DNA of 64,000 nucleotides from an uncultured Clostridia bacterium (GCA_945915235.1 CAMEEX010000002.1:6-64005), one strand, 5' to 3'; numbered from the stretch's first letter, positions 36,601 through 45,288 are shown. Notes: generated by a model not told the origin, from the sequence alone. Translations and numbers: made by a program.

Positions 36601-38091
36601 ATGGACAACAAAAAAGATATTTTGATTGATTTTCTTATCCCGATTGCCGGCGAAGGCGGAGCCGAGCGCGTTATGAACGTGGTGCTCGAATATCTCAACA
36701 ATAACGGCTTCCATGCCCGTGTTGTTCAGCTTATATCTGACGGAAGCCGTCACTTTAACAGCAGCATTGATGTTTACCCCATTCTTATAAATCAAAGAGT
36801 CAATGACCTGAGCGAGCTCTCGGGTCTGTATACCGCATTTCTGTCACAGTACGGTGTCCCGGACATTGTTGTCGCCACTTCCTGGCCTTATCTGATACTG
36901 ACGGCGCGCAAGGCTCTCGAGCCATTTAACACTCCATGCAAAGTCTACTCCTGGCTGCACAACGCTTTAAGCGAATATTCACGTTACGGTGCCGGGGGAA
37001 TTGAATGTATGAGACTTGCCGACCACCACCTGTGCATCAGCAGACACGCCGCCGACATTCTTATCAAGGATAACCCCGATGTCAGCACCTCCATCACATT
37101 CAATCCTGTCGATATGAGCCACTATATTCCTCAGAAACAGTACCATTCTGACAGCAGAACGCTGCTCTATGTAGGACGTTTATCGCCGGAGAAACGTGTC
37201 GATATCATTCTACGAGGTCTTGCCTCCGTCAATATGCGGCAGCCCGGGCTGCCATGGAAGCTTCGTATAGTGGGCGACGGTGACGAGCGCCGTTCAATCA
37301 TAGAACTGATTGACGAACTGCGGCTCGGCGACTATGTCACCTTAACCGGCTGGCAGAGCAATCCTTGGCAATACTGCGATGATATCACAGCTCTTGTCGT
37401 TGCATCGGAATGTGAAGGCGGCCCCCTTGTCGCGGTTGAAGCTCTTGCCAACGGCATTCCCGTCATATCGACCCCCGTTGACGGAGTTATCAAGCTGATT
37501 ACGCCCGGAATAAACGGCTGGCTGTTCCCTCACAATGACCACGAAGCACTCGCTGATATCTTATGCGCCATCTCGGACAGAACTCTCCCTGCCATCAAGC
37601 CCTGTGCCTGCACAGAGAGCGTATCCTGTTACGAGCGCGACACGGCTCTTGCGAATTTCAAGAGGGCTCTTTATGACGGACTCGACAAAATATCAATCAT
37701 AGTCTACTGCTTCAATGCGGAAAAACAGCTTCGAAAATGTCTCGACAGCCTGCTGTCGCAGACGCTTACTCGGGCAGCCATGGAGTTTATCTGCGTGGAC
37801 AATCATTCCACTGATAACTCGCTTGACATACTGAGCGAGTACGAGCAAAAATACTCTGATATTTTTATGCTTATTCCGCTTTCCGAGAGCATACCGCCTG
37901 AACATGCCAAGGGTATCGCATTGGATTACTCAACCGGAAACTATATTACATATATGGACACCGAGGATTGTATTCCACCCACTCTGCTTGAAAATCTCTA
38001 TACCCACATAAAAATATACGGCGGCGACATAGAAGGCAGAATATACCAAAGGAGCTCTCTCCTTAACAGGGCTGACTACACAGCGGAATAA
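36601..38091 (+). CDS. Bifunctional-looking glycosyltransferase: GT4 (GT-B) domain + short C-terminal GT2 (GT-A) half-domain
   Basis: YVGRLSPEKRVD and ASECEGGPLVAVEALANGIPVISTPVDG are the GT4 EX7E region. ISIIVYCFNAEKQLRKCLDSLLSQTL...FICVDNHSTDNS...YMDTED is the GT2 N-terminal half. The protein ends ~135 aa after the GT2 domain starts. Confidence 0.8.
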   Translation: MDNKKDILIDFLIPIAGEGGAERVMNVVLEYLNNNGFHARVVQLISDGSRHFNSSIDVYPILINQRVNDLSELSGLYTAFLSQYGVPDIVVATSWPYLILTARKALEPFNTPCKVYSWLHNALSEYSRYGAGGIECMRLADHHLCISRHAADILIKDNPDVSTSITFNPVDMSHYIPQKQYHSDSRTLLYVGRLSPEKRVDIILRGLASVNMRQPGLPWKLRIVGDGDERRSIIELIDELRLGDYVTLTGWQSNPWQYCDDITALVVASECEGGPLVAVEALANGIPVISTPVDGVIKLITPGINGWLFPHNDHEALADILCAISDRTLPAIKPCACTESVSCYERDTALANFKRALYDGLDKISIIVYCFNAEKQLRKCLDSLLSQTLTRAAMEFICVDNHSTDNSLDILSEYEQKYSDIFMLIPLSESIPPEHAKGIALDYSTGNYITYMDTEDCIPPTLLENLYTHIKIYGGDIEGRIYQRSSLLNRADYTAE

Positions 38092-38097
38092 ATATAT

Positions 38098-39273
38098 TTA
38101 CATACAGTCTGACAAAATCTCCTTCAATCTGACCTTATATGTATGATGCTTTTCAATCTCAGCGAGTGCGGCTGAGGCAATACGGCTGCGCTCCTGATCA
38201 TGCTCGAGATAATAGGCTGACAGCTCGAGTGCCTCTTCTATCGATGTATACTGTACAAAATGTTTTCCCGGCTCGAAATGTCTCAGCATATCCTGCTGGT
38301 AATTGGTGAGCAGAAATCCGCCTGAACCCATTATATCCATTGCTCTGAGCGGAATTCCCGTCCTTATGCTTCTCAATGATATATTAAGGTTAATTTTATA
38401 TGTATTGAATACAACCGGCATCTCGTTGAGGTAATCTATACTGCCCAGGTTTCGCGCCCCGGGAATTGAATAATCGGACTCAGTGAAGTAATCAATCTTA
38501 AATCCGCACCCGGCCATCGCACCTATAAGCCCTTTCCTGTCGATAAAGGCTATTCTCGGGCATATATAATAGTCCGCGTAGACCCTCGGCTTGCTTATAT
38601 AACTATTCTTCTCTATCTTGTACGGCATCACTTTGTCTATCTTTTCTAAGACTTCCCCTTCAAGACATTCCTCCAGAAAATTGCAGCCATACACCCGTCG
38701 CTGCGCCTCGACAAGAGCATCAAGGAACCCGGCAAGCTCCATATCCCTGCTCGTCTCAAACAGTCTCTCATAAAATCTGTTTCTGTTATTGTACATTGAA
38801 CCCACAAATTCGATATCGCCTCTGTCACCACATATTTTATTGCTTCTGTTCTTTGCTATGGTCCCGGCAATTCTCTCCGTATTGACTGCCAGAGGTATAT
38901 AATGTATCGTACTTACACCCTTCTTGGACAATTCATCAGCCATATAGCTGTCAAAGGTTCCGACGTAATTCACATTATTATTAACGGAGGCATCATATAC
39001 CTTCAGGAAAGGGCTGTCATAAATCCACGAAAAATACCGACAGCCTGTTCTCATACACGCCTGTGATATAAACGGATAATAATTAAAGGACACAACCAGC
39101 TCCGCCCTCGTCTCCCTTATCACAGCGTACAGGCTGTCGCTAAATTCCTGATATTCACCGCCAAACGCTTTCTCCGGTATCTCAATTACCTTCACCTCAT
39201 GTCCGAGCTGAAGAAGCGTCTCAAACATATCTATCGCCCCAAAACAGTTCCAGTTCGCATATACAATTCGCAT
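38098..39273 (-). CDS. CgeB-like glycosyltransferase (DUF3880-type N-terminus + Glyco_trans_1_2-like C-terminus)
   Basis: MRIVYANWNCFGAIDMFETLLQLGHEV. The C-terminus is GIPLRAMDIMGSGGFLLTNYQQDMLRHFEPGKHFVQYTSIEEALELSAYYLEHDQERSRIA. I set the start at ATG 39273 (AAAGGAAAT upstream). The track's longer form overlaps the divergent gene. Confidence 0.7.
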   Translation of the reverse strand: MRIVYANWNCFGAIDMFETLLQLGHEVKVIEIPEKAFGGEYQEFSDSLYAVIRETRAELVVSFNYYPFISQACMRTGCRYFSWIYDSPFLKVYDASVNNNVNYVGTFDSYMADELSKKGVSTIHYIPLAVNTERIAGTIAKNRSNKICGDRGDIEFVGSMYNNRNRFYERLFETSRDMELAGFLDALVEAQRRVYGCNFLEECLEGEVLEKIDKVMPYKIEKNSYISKPRVYADYYICPRIAFIDRKGLIGAMAGCGFKIDYFTESDYSIPGARNLGSIDYLNEMPVVFNTYKINLNISLRSIRTGIPLRAMDIMGSGGFLLTNYQQDMLRHFEPGKHFVQYTSIEEALELSAYYLEHDQERSRIASAALAEIEKHHTYKVRLKEILSDCM

Positions 39274-39343
39274 TATATTTGATTTCCTTTTGTGATGTGA
39301 TATTATCATTATAGCATACTCGTTCCAAGGAGGACACATTTTA

Positions 39344-40510
39344 ATGAAAGTACTTTTTATACCAACCGCCAACTCAGTATCAGACCTCATGCTCGGTCTG
39401 ACCGAAATGGGATATGATGTGTCATATATTCCCAATTTTGCAGCCAACCCTGTAGCTCCCCTTGACACGGACAGAGCCGTCATCATCTCCGCGCTTGAAA
39501 CCGTCCGCCCAAGCTATGTATTCTCGTATCTTTTTATCCCTATGGTCGCTGAGATTACTCATTCCTACGGTATTCCTTACATATCATGGACTTACGACTC
39601 GCCGCTCACAAGCCTGTTCACTCCGCAGTTAGAATATGACAATAATTATGTATTTATATTCGATAGGGCACAGTATCTTCGTCTCAAGACCTCGACCAAT
39701 GCCAATGTATACCATCTCCCGCTGGGCGCATACATGACCCGCGTCGGCGCAATCGACATATCGGACGATGACGTCGCAAAATTCTCATCAGACATATCAT
39801 TTGTGGGGACGCTTTACGGAGACAACCCATACAATAAATATTCAGCATATCTTGATGAGACTGCCGGAACGGAGCTCAACAATTATCTTCTCGCAAATGC
39901 CCATAACTGGCTTCACACCAAGCCGTGGCCTTCCCTGTCAGAGCAGTCCACACATGCCATGCAACAGCTATTTGGAAATATGATTACAAACAACTCCTCT
40001 CTCAATGACAGCACTTATATAGCTCTATTATTTCTATCCAAAAAGCTTGCGGAGATAGACCGCATAACCTTGCTGAACGCGCTTGCCATGCAGCATCATG
40101 TAGACCTCTACACGGGAGACGGTGCTCACCCCGCGCTAAGCAATGTACATCAGCATGGACGTGTCAGCTACGAGAGTGATATGAGCAAGGTGTTCTACTG
40201 CTCCAAAATCAACCTCAATGTGACTCTTCCGTCCATAGAGACAGGAGTTCCACAGCGCGTGTTCGATATTATGGCATCAGGCGGTTTTTGTATAAGTAAC
40301 TATCAGGAGGAGATGGACGAGCTATTCACCGTCGGAAAGGATATAGAATGTTACAGAAGCGTTGATGAACTGCTTGATAAAGTAAATTATTATCTCACGC
40401 ATGACAACGAAAGGCTCAGAATTGCCATAAACGGATATAAATGCGTTGCTGAAAATCATACCTTAAATCATAGAATAAGTGAAATGTTCAATATAGTAAA
40501 AGGAAATTAG
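39344..40510 (+). CDS. CgeB-like glycosyltransferase, paralog of 38098-39273
   Basis: MKVLFIPTANSVSDLMLGLTEMGYDV. The C-terminus is GVPQRVFDIMASGGFCISNYQEEMDELFTVGKDIECYRSVDELLDKVNYYLTHDNERLRIA. AAGGAGG lies upstream. Confidence 0.7.
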   Translation: MKVLFIPTANSVSDLMLGLTEMGYDVSYIPNFAANPVAPLDTDRAVIISALETVRPSYVFSYLFIPMVAEITHSYGIPYISWTYDSPLTSLFTPQLEYDNNYVFIFDRAQYLRLKTSTNANVYHLPLGAYMTRVGAIDISDDDVAKFSSDISFVGTLYGDNPYNKYSAYLDETAGTELNNYLLANAHNWLHTKPWPSLSEQSTHAMQQLFGNMITNNSSLNDSTYIALLFLSKKLAEIDRITLLNALAMQHHVDLYTGDGAHPALSNVHQHGRVSYESDMSKVFYCSKINLNVTLPSIETGVPQRVFDIMASGGFCISNYQEEMDELFTVGKDIECYRSVDELLDKVNYYLTHDNERLRIAINGYKCVAENHTLNHRISEMFNIVKGN

Positions 40511-40553
40511 AGATATATTGTAATCTAAATCAGAATATAATAAAGCACAAAAT

Positions 40554-40579
40554 AAAGACCGGTGAAATCACCGGTCTTT
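40554..40579. terminator. Bidirectional rho-independent terminator between the CgeB-like gene and fliC
   Basis: GACCGGTG-AAAT-CACCGGTC stem-loop. The minus strand continues TTTATTTTGTG and the plus strand continues TTTACT. Confidence 0.75.
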
Positions 40580-40604
40580 ACTATGATAGCCTTCTTACTT
40601 GAGA

Positions 40605-41423
40605 TTAGCCAAGGATTGAAAGAACACCCTGTGTTGACTGATTAGCCTGTGCAAGCATAGACTGTCCAGCCTGAGCAAGAATGTTGTTCTTGCTGTAGCT
40701 AACCATCTCATCAGCCATATCAGTATCACGGATACGTGACTCAGCTGAAGATGTGTTCTCAGATGTTGTGTCAAGGTTAGCGATTGTGTGCTCAAGTCTG
40801 TTCTGGATAGCACCGAGCTTAGATCTCTGTGTAGATACACTCTCGATAGCCTTCTGAATAGCGCTCATTGTAACACCAGCTGTTGCGTTAGAGCTTACCT
40901 TAAGATTATCAGCTGATAAGCCGATAGCTGATGCAGACATGTTACTAATAGAGATAGACATTGTCTGCCCCTTAAGAGCACCGATCTGAAGAGACTTGTT
41001 CTTGAATGATCCAGTTAACAGGTTCTGAGTATTGAACTGTGTTGTAGACTGAATTCTGTCAAGCTCTTTCTTAAGCTCATCGATCTCATCCTTGATAGAG
41101 TTTCTATCAACTGTTGTGTTAGTATCGTTAGCAGCCTGCGTAGCGAGCTCGTTCATTCTCTGAAGAATGGAGTGTGCCTCGTTAAGAGCACCTTCTGCTG
41201 TCTGGATAAGAGATACGCCGTCAGCTGCGTTGTCAGATGCCTTATCAAGACCTCTGATCTGATATCTCATCTTCTCGGAAATTGAAAGACCAGCTGCGTC
41301 ATCGCCTGCTCTGTTAATTCTGTAACCTGAAGATAACTTCTCTGCTGACTTAGCCTGTGCGCTAGTTGTGATGCCTAACTGTCTGTTAGAGTTCATCGCT
41401 GTAAGATTGTGCTGTACTACCAT
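40605..41423 (-). CDS. fliC: Flagellin (short, 272 aa)
   Basis: The N-terminus is MVVQHNLTAMNSNRQLGITTSAQAKSAEKLSSGYRINRAGDDAAGLSISEKMR. The C-terminus is LAQAGQSMLAQANQSTQGVLSILG. The central segment is Ser/Thr-rich. Confidence 0.95.
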   Translation of the reverse strand: MVVQHNLTAMNSNRQLGITTSAQAKSAEKLSSGYRINRAGDDAAGLSISEKMRYQIRGLDKASDNAADGVSLIQTAEGALNEAHSILQRMNELATQAANDTNTTVDRNSIKDEIDELKKELDRIQSTTQFNTQNLLTGSFKNKSLQIGALKGQTMSISISNMSASAIGLSADNLKVSSNATAGVTMSAIQKAIESVSTQRSKLGAIQNRLEHTIANLDTTSENTSSAESRIRDTDMADEMVSYSKNNILAQAGQSMLAQANQSTQGVLSILG

Positions 41424-41430
41424 GATATAT

Positions 41431-41464
41431 TCCTCCTTGAATATCTATCGGCATCCATGCCGAT
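41431..41464 (-). promoter_or_regulatory. Putative CsrA-binding sites in the fliC leader (GGA-loop hairpin plus SD-overlapping site)
   Basis: Minus strand reads AUCGGCA-UGGA-UGCCGAU (41464-41447), 8 nt, AAGGAGGA (41438-41431), then ATG. This arrangement parallels the two-site CsrA operator of B. subtilis hag. Confidence 0.45.
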
Positions 41465-41524
41465 GTGAATTGTTGTAGAGGCTCTGCCTCCAAGTTGGTA
41501 AGTATTTCTTACCTTCTGTATATT

Positions 41525-41551
41525 ATATCGGTTCAAAGTCCTATAACTTTA
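41525..41551 (-). promoter_or_regulatory. sigma-28 (SigD/FliA) promoter of fliC
   Basis: Minus strand reads TAAA (41551-41548), 15 nt, ACCGATAT (41532-41525). The consensus is TAAA-N15-GCCGATAA. Confidence 0.7.
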
Positions 41552-41580
41552 TACCCGAATAATATCTTTTTTTAAATTTT

Positions 41581-42060
41581 TTATTTTTTCTTATCCATGA
41601 ATACAGGTTCACTCGTAACCTTGTTCATGGTCTTGTAATAGTTAGCGGCATACTGCTGGTTCTTCTTCACGCTGCTGATTTCCTTGCGGCGCGATGCAAA
41701 CTTGCCCTCTATTCTGTCCTTATTGCGCTTCTCCTCCGCCATGAGATGGCTGCTCTTCTCCATTATCTGAGTTATCTTGCCCTGAAGCCTCTTTATCTCA
41801 GAAGCATATCTGTCCTTATTTCCGTCAAGCTCTGCCTTCACATTGTTGTAGACAAGCTGAAAGCCTTCATCCATCGCATTGAGCCGGTCTATAAGCTCCG
41901 CCTTCTGCTCAACAATATGTCCGAACGCCGCCTCGTCGAATGTCACGGCACTTAGCACCTTTTCCTGCTCTACGTTAAGTCTCTCAACCGAGTCAAGAAT
42001 GTCAATCTTCTTGTCAAGACTGCTCTCCAATATTGTCAAATAGCTCTCTGTCATGCTCAT
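41581..42060 (-). CDS. Putative flagellar export chaperone (FliT position; FlgN-like coiled coil)
   Basis: It sits between fliS and fliC, as fliT does in Bacillus. The protein is helical and charged (ILESSLDKKIDILDSVERLNVEQEKVL...). The start is at ATG 42060 after GAGGAA. I see no diagnostic motif. Confidence 0.4.
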   Translation of the reverse strand: MSMTESYLTILESSLDKKIDILDSVERLNVEQEKVLSAVTFDEAAFGHIVEQKAELIDRLNAMDEGFQLVYNNVKAELDGNKDRYASEIKRLQGKITQIMEKSSHLMAEEKRNKDRIEGKFASRRKEISSVKKNQQYAANYYKTMNKVTSEPVFMDKKK

Positions 42061-42101
42061 GGTGTTCCTCATTTCCATATCCTGCACTTGCAGATACTGT
42101 T

Positions 42102-42488
42102 TTACTTAGAATGGTTGGTCCTTGATAGACGCATAACTTCCTTCCATGTATCTCTCATGGTTCTGAGATGTCCAAGTACTTCTTCCATTATCGCCTTATC
42201 CTTCTTGATATTCGCCTCAAGAAGTCTTCTCTTAAGATACCTATATACCTCATCAAAGTCCTTCGCAACCGGATACTTGTGATCCAATGTTACCTGGAAC
42301 TCCTCTATAATTCTCTCTACCTTACGGATGCTGTTGTGTGCCTTCTCTATTTCGCCCTTCTCTATTGCAACAATCGCAATGTTGGCATACTTGATAGCTC
42401 CCTCATAAAGCATAAGCGTAAGCTCAGCCGGTGACGCTGTGAGTATCTTGTTCCTCTCGTACTGCTGATAGCCTGCAGGTGTGTTCAT
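42102..42488 (-). CDS. fliS: Flagellin-specific chaperone FliS
   Basis: YERNKILTASPAELTLMLYEGAIKY...AHNSIRKVERIIEEFQVTLD...YRYLKRRLLEANIKKD. Confidence 0.9.
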   Translation of the reverse strand: MNTPAGYQQYERNKILTASPAELTLMLYEGAIKYANIAIVAIEKGEIEKAHNSIRKVERIIEEFQVTLDHKYPVAKDFDEVYRYLKRRLLEANIKKDKAIMEEVLGHLRTMRDTWKEVMRLSRTNHSK

Positions 42489-42605
42489 GCCGCCTACCTC
42501 CTCTTACTTGCAAAGCACAGCCCACTATTATCGTAATAATGAGCTGTGCATATTTATGGTACTATTTTATCAAATTATTATCACATTGTAAAGGTATAAA
42601 CTTTA

Positions 42606-44768
42606 TCATGAACCCAGAAGGCTGGAAAGCGAGGATGTTGATGACTGAAGCTTCGACAGTGCTGACTCCATGGATGAGAACTTCTTGTAATAGAACTCCT
42701 CATAGTAATCAAGCTTCTCCTGCCATTTATCAACCTTATCCTTGTAATCGCTGTACTCGCTGGACATCTGCTTGTCATTGTAAATAGTGTAAATACTGCT
42801 TACGCTTGATGAAGCCATTCTCTTTGTAAGATCGCTGTACATTGAATTGGAAAGTTTCTGGAAGAATTCACTCACCACCTCCGGATCCTCATTGATTGCA
42901 GCCATAAGCTTATCTGCATTTCCGGAAGTCGTAGCATCATCAGCATCTCCATCTATATGCAGGCATCCTCTTTCATTCGCATCTGATGTAAAATATCCAC
43001 CTGTGCTTATACCAAATGTAGCGAGTGAATATGTCTTTCCGTTAATCTCAAAGCTGGCATTCATTATACTCTTCATTGCCGAAGATGCATTTCCAAGTGT
43101 GCTGTCTCTTCTGAGAAGTGAATCCTTAATCTTTGTCTCCCACTTCTCTATCTGGGAATCAGTCATCTCCTCCTTCTCATCATCGGTAAGAGGCTCATAA
43201 TCACCCGCCGAGTCAGCATTGTAGGCTGTATCCATATCCTTGATAAGCTCATTGTACTTACTGATAAAGCCCTTAATCTTGTCATACATAGCCTGAGTAT
43301 CGTTGGAGGTCGTGATGCTTACCTTCTCGTCAGCTCCGGTTACCTGCATTGCAGTAATTGAGAGTCCGTTGATAGAGAATGTACCAGTGCTGCTGGTGAA
43401 TGTGGCACCGTTGAGAACTATCTCTGCGTCCTGACCGCTTATTCTCGCAGCATCTGAATTATATGTACCTGCTGCCGCAGAATTAACGACATTCTTGGCA
43501 TTCAGATATGCTTCCTTATTATTTTTAAGGAACTCAACCGTCTCGTCGTACTCAGCCTCCTCATCTTTGACTACAGTCGACGATTCAGCGTAAGCCTTCT
43601 TGTTAGCCTCGTCACTTACAAACTTATTAGCCGCATCGAAATCGTCAAGAGCTGCCTTCGCATTAAGAATCGCCTGCTTCTCCTCCATCTGCTTGGCAAT
43701 CTTTTCGTCCGTTGTTCCGTTGTTCTTCTTTATGAACGCCTTCATCTCAGCGTAATCGGCATCTGTGTAGTTGACATCGACAGTCTTCTCGTTTCCATCT
43801 TCATCGGTAACCGTCTCTTGCCCTTTCACAAGCTTCTTTCCTAAATCGTCAAGGCTGTCCTTGTACTTATCGACTATCGCCTGCTGGTCATCATAGTTTT
43901 TTACAACAGCCTGATGGTTCTCATACTGTGCTGCATATGATGCCTTCTCGTTATAGTTGGCTATTGTCTTCTTATATGTTGCGAGTTCATCATCTGTATA
44001 CGTTTTATTGTCTCTAAAGACAGCGACAATAGCTTTTGCAATCTGCTTCTGCTCATCATCCTTGGCAGCAATCGTTCCATTTGCAATGCCTATATACTTC
44101 TTCATCTCAGCCGTATCGTTGTTGTCAATATCCTTCACGGCAAACAGTCCGAGTGACTGCAATGCTCCGAGTCCATCGGCATTGTTCGCAGTGAGCGTGA
44201 ACTCCCCGTCCGCACCGGACGTCTTGGAATTGACGAAAAATCTCTGGTTAGTCTCATCGAAGTTTGCGTTGACACCTGCGCTCTTGAGCTTGCTGATAAA
44301 TTGATTGACCGTCATTCCATCTGTTATCTCTATCTCTGTATCATTTACAGCTATCTTGCTTCCTGTCTCTATGCCCATGGCATCAAGTGCCGTGTTTCCG
44401 GTAACCTTCGAGCCGTCTTTCTGTGCTACCTTTCCTCCCGTCATGTATGCTGAGGATGCAAGCTGATTTACCTTCATCTTCTGTGTTCCGTTTACAGCAG
44501 ATGATGAAGCCGTAACCTTAGCTACATTGCTGTTGGATACGGAGCTTGTCTTGAGGCTGTACGACGTCGACATTCTCATTGATGAGAGGCTTGATGTGTA
44601 GAAGCCATATATCTTGCTGTTCATGGTCTTCCATGAGTCCATCTTCCACTCCTGCTTGGTCTGTGCCTTCTCATACTTTTCCTTCTTCTTGGAATATGCA
44701 GATACAAGCTCCTGTACAATGGAGTCTGTATCAAGTCCGGATATAAGTCCGCTGACTCTGATTGCCAT
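42606..44768 (-). CDS. fliD: Flagellar filament cap protein FliD (HAP2)
   Basis: The N-terminus is MAIRVSGLISGLDTDSIVQELVSAYSKKKEKYE. The C-terminus is FSSMESALSKLQSSTSSLSSLLG. Confidence 0.9.
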   Translation of the reverse strand: MAIRVSGLISGLDTDSIVQELVSAYSKKKEKYEKAQTKQEWKMDSWKTMNSKIYGFYTSSLSSMRMSTSYSLKTSSVSNSNVAKVTASSSAVNGTQKMKVNQLASSAYMTGGKVAQKDGSKVTGNTALDAMGIETGSKIAVNDTEIEITDGMTVNQFISKLKSAGVNANFDETNQRFFVNSKTSGADGEFTLTANNADGLGALQSLGLFAVKDIDNNDTAEMKKYIGIANGTIAAKDDEQKQIAKAIVAVFRDNKTYTDDELATYKKTIANYNEKASYAAQYENHQAVVKNYDDQQAIVDKYKDSLDDLGKKLVKGQETVTDEDGNEKTVDVNYTDADYAEMKAFIKKNNGTTDEKIAKQMEEKQAILNAKAALDDFDAANKFVSDEANKKAYAESSTVVKDEEAEYDETVEFLKNNKEAYLNAKNVVNSAAAGTYNSDAARISGQDAEIVLNGATFTSSTGTFSINGLSITAMQVTGADEKVSITTSNDTQAMYDKIKGFISKYNELIKDMDTAYNADSAGDYEPLTDDEKEEMTDSQIEKWETKIKDSLLRRDSTLGNASSAMKSIMNASFEINGKTYSLATFGISTGGYFTSDANERGCLHIDGDADDATTSGNADKLMAAINEDPEVVSEFFQKLSNSMYSDLTKRMASSSVSSIYTIYNDKQMSSEYSDYKDKVDKWQEKLDYYEEFYYKKFSSMESALSKLQSSTSSLSSLLGS

Positions 44769-44832
44769 AATTTACTCCTTTCCACCATGTTGTGATGGTT
44801 CCGTTTACAATAAAAACGCTCTTTCCATGATG

Positions 44833-45288
44833 TTAGCGTTTCTCGTCTACAAGAATTCCCGCGAGCTCCCATGCCTTAGCGATAAGGTCGAGAGTCTTCT
44901 CAGGAGGTATCTCCTTAATTGTCTCCTTGGTATCCTTGTCAACTATCTTTATTGTCACCCTGTTGGTCTCATCGTGATAACCGAACTCGGCAACCGTGTT
45001 GTTATTGAGCTTGCTGTTAATCTCTGATATACGCTGCTTGAGAGCCTTCTCATTGAGCTGGATATCCTGCTCAATATTCTTGCTGTTTTCCGCAGCCGTG
45101 TTATCCATGTTCTGCTGCTGACCGCTCTTGTTAGCGTTCGTTGTCTGTGCGCTGACAGACTCCTGCTTATTCTGCTGTACACTGACCTCCTTGGTCTCGG
45201 TAACAGTAGTGTTCTGCTTCGCAATATTGTTTGAAGCACTCATTGCAGCATTAGCCGCTGCCACGCTTTTAATTCCTTCAATCGCCAT
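44833..45288 (-). CDS. flaG: FlaG family flagellar protein
   Basis: The C-terminus AEFGYHDETNRVTIKIVDKDTKETIKEIPPEKTLDLIAKAWELAGILVDEKR is the FlaG signature. The start is at ATG 45288 after GGAGG. Confidence 0.8.
   Translation of the reverse strand: MAIEGIKSVAAANAAMSASNNIAKQNTTVTETKEVSVQQNKQESVSAQTTNANKSGQQQNMDNTAAENSKNIEQDIQLNEKALKQRISEINSKLNNNTVAEFGYHDETNRVTIKIVDKDTKETIKEIPPEKTLDLIAKAWELAGILVDEKR

Noticed and set aside
36517-36795. 92-aa minus-strand ORF
   Set aside because: It spans the divergent promoter region and runs antisense into the GT4-GT2 gene start. It has no RBS and its composition is implausible.
39274-39486. N-terminal 71-aa extension of the CgeB-like gene in the track (ORF 38098-39486)
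   Set aside because: The extension overlaps the start of the divergent paralog at 39344. The internal ATG at 39273 has an RBS and begins the conserved MRIVYANW N-terminus, which parallels MKVLFIPT of the paralog.
40595-40840. 81-aa ORF overlapping the flagellin 3' region
   Set aside because: It is an alternative frame of the same strand within fliC. Flagellin's C-terminal conserved sequence unambiguously defines the real frame.
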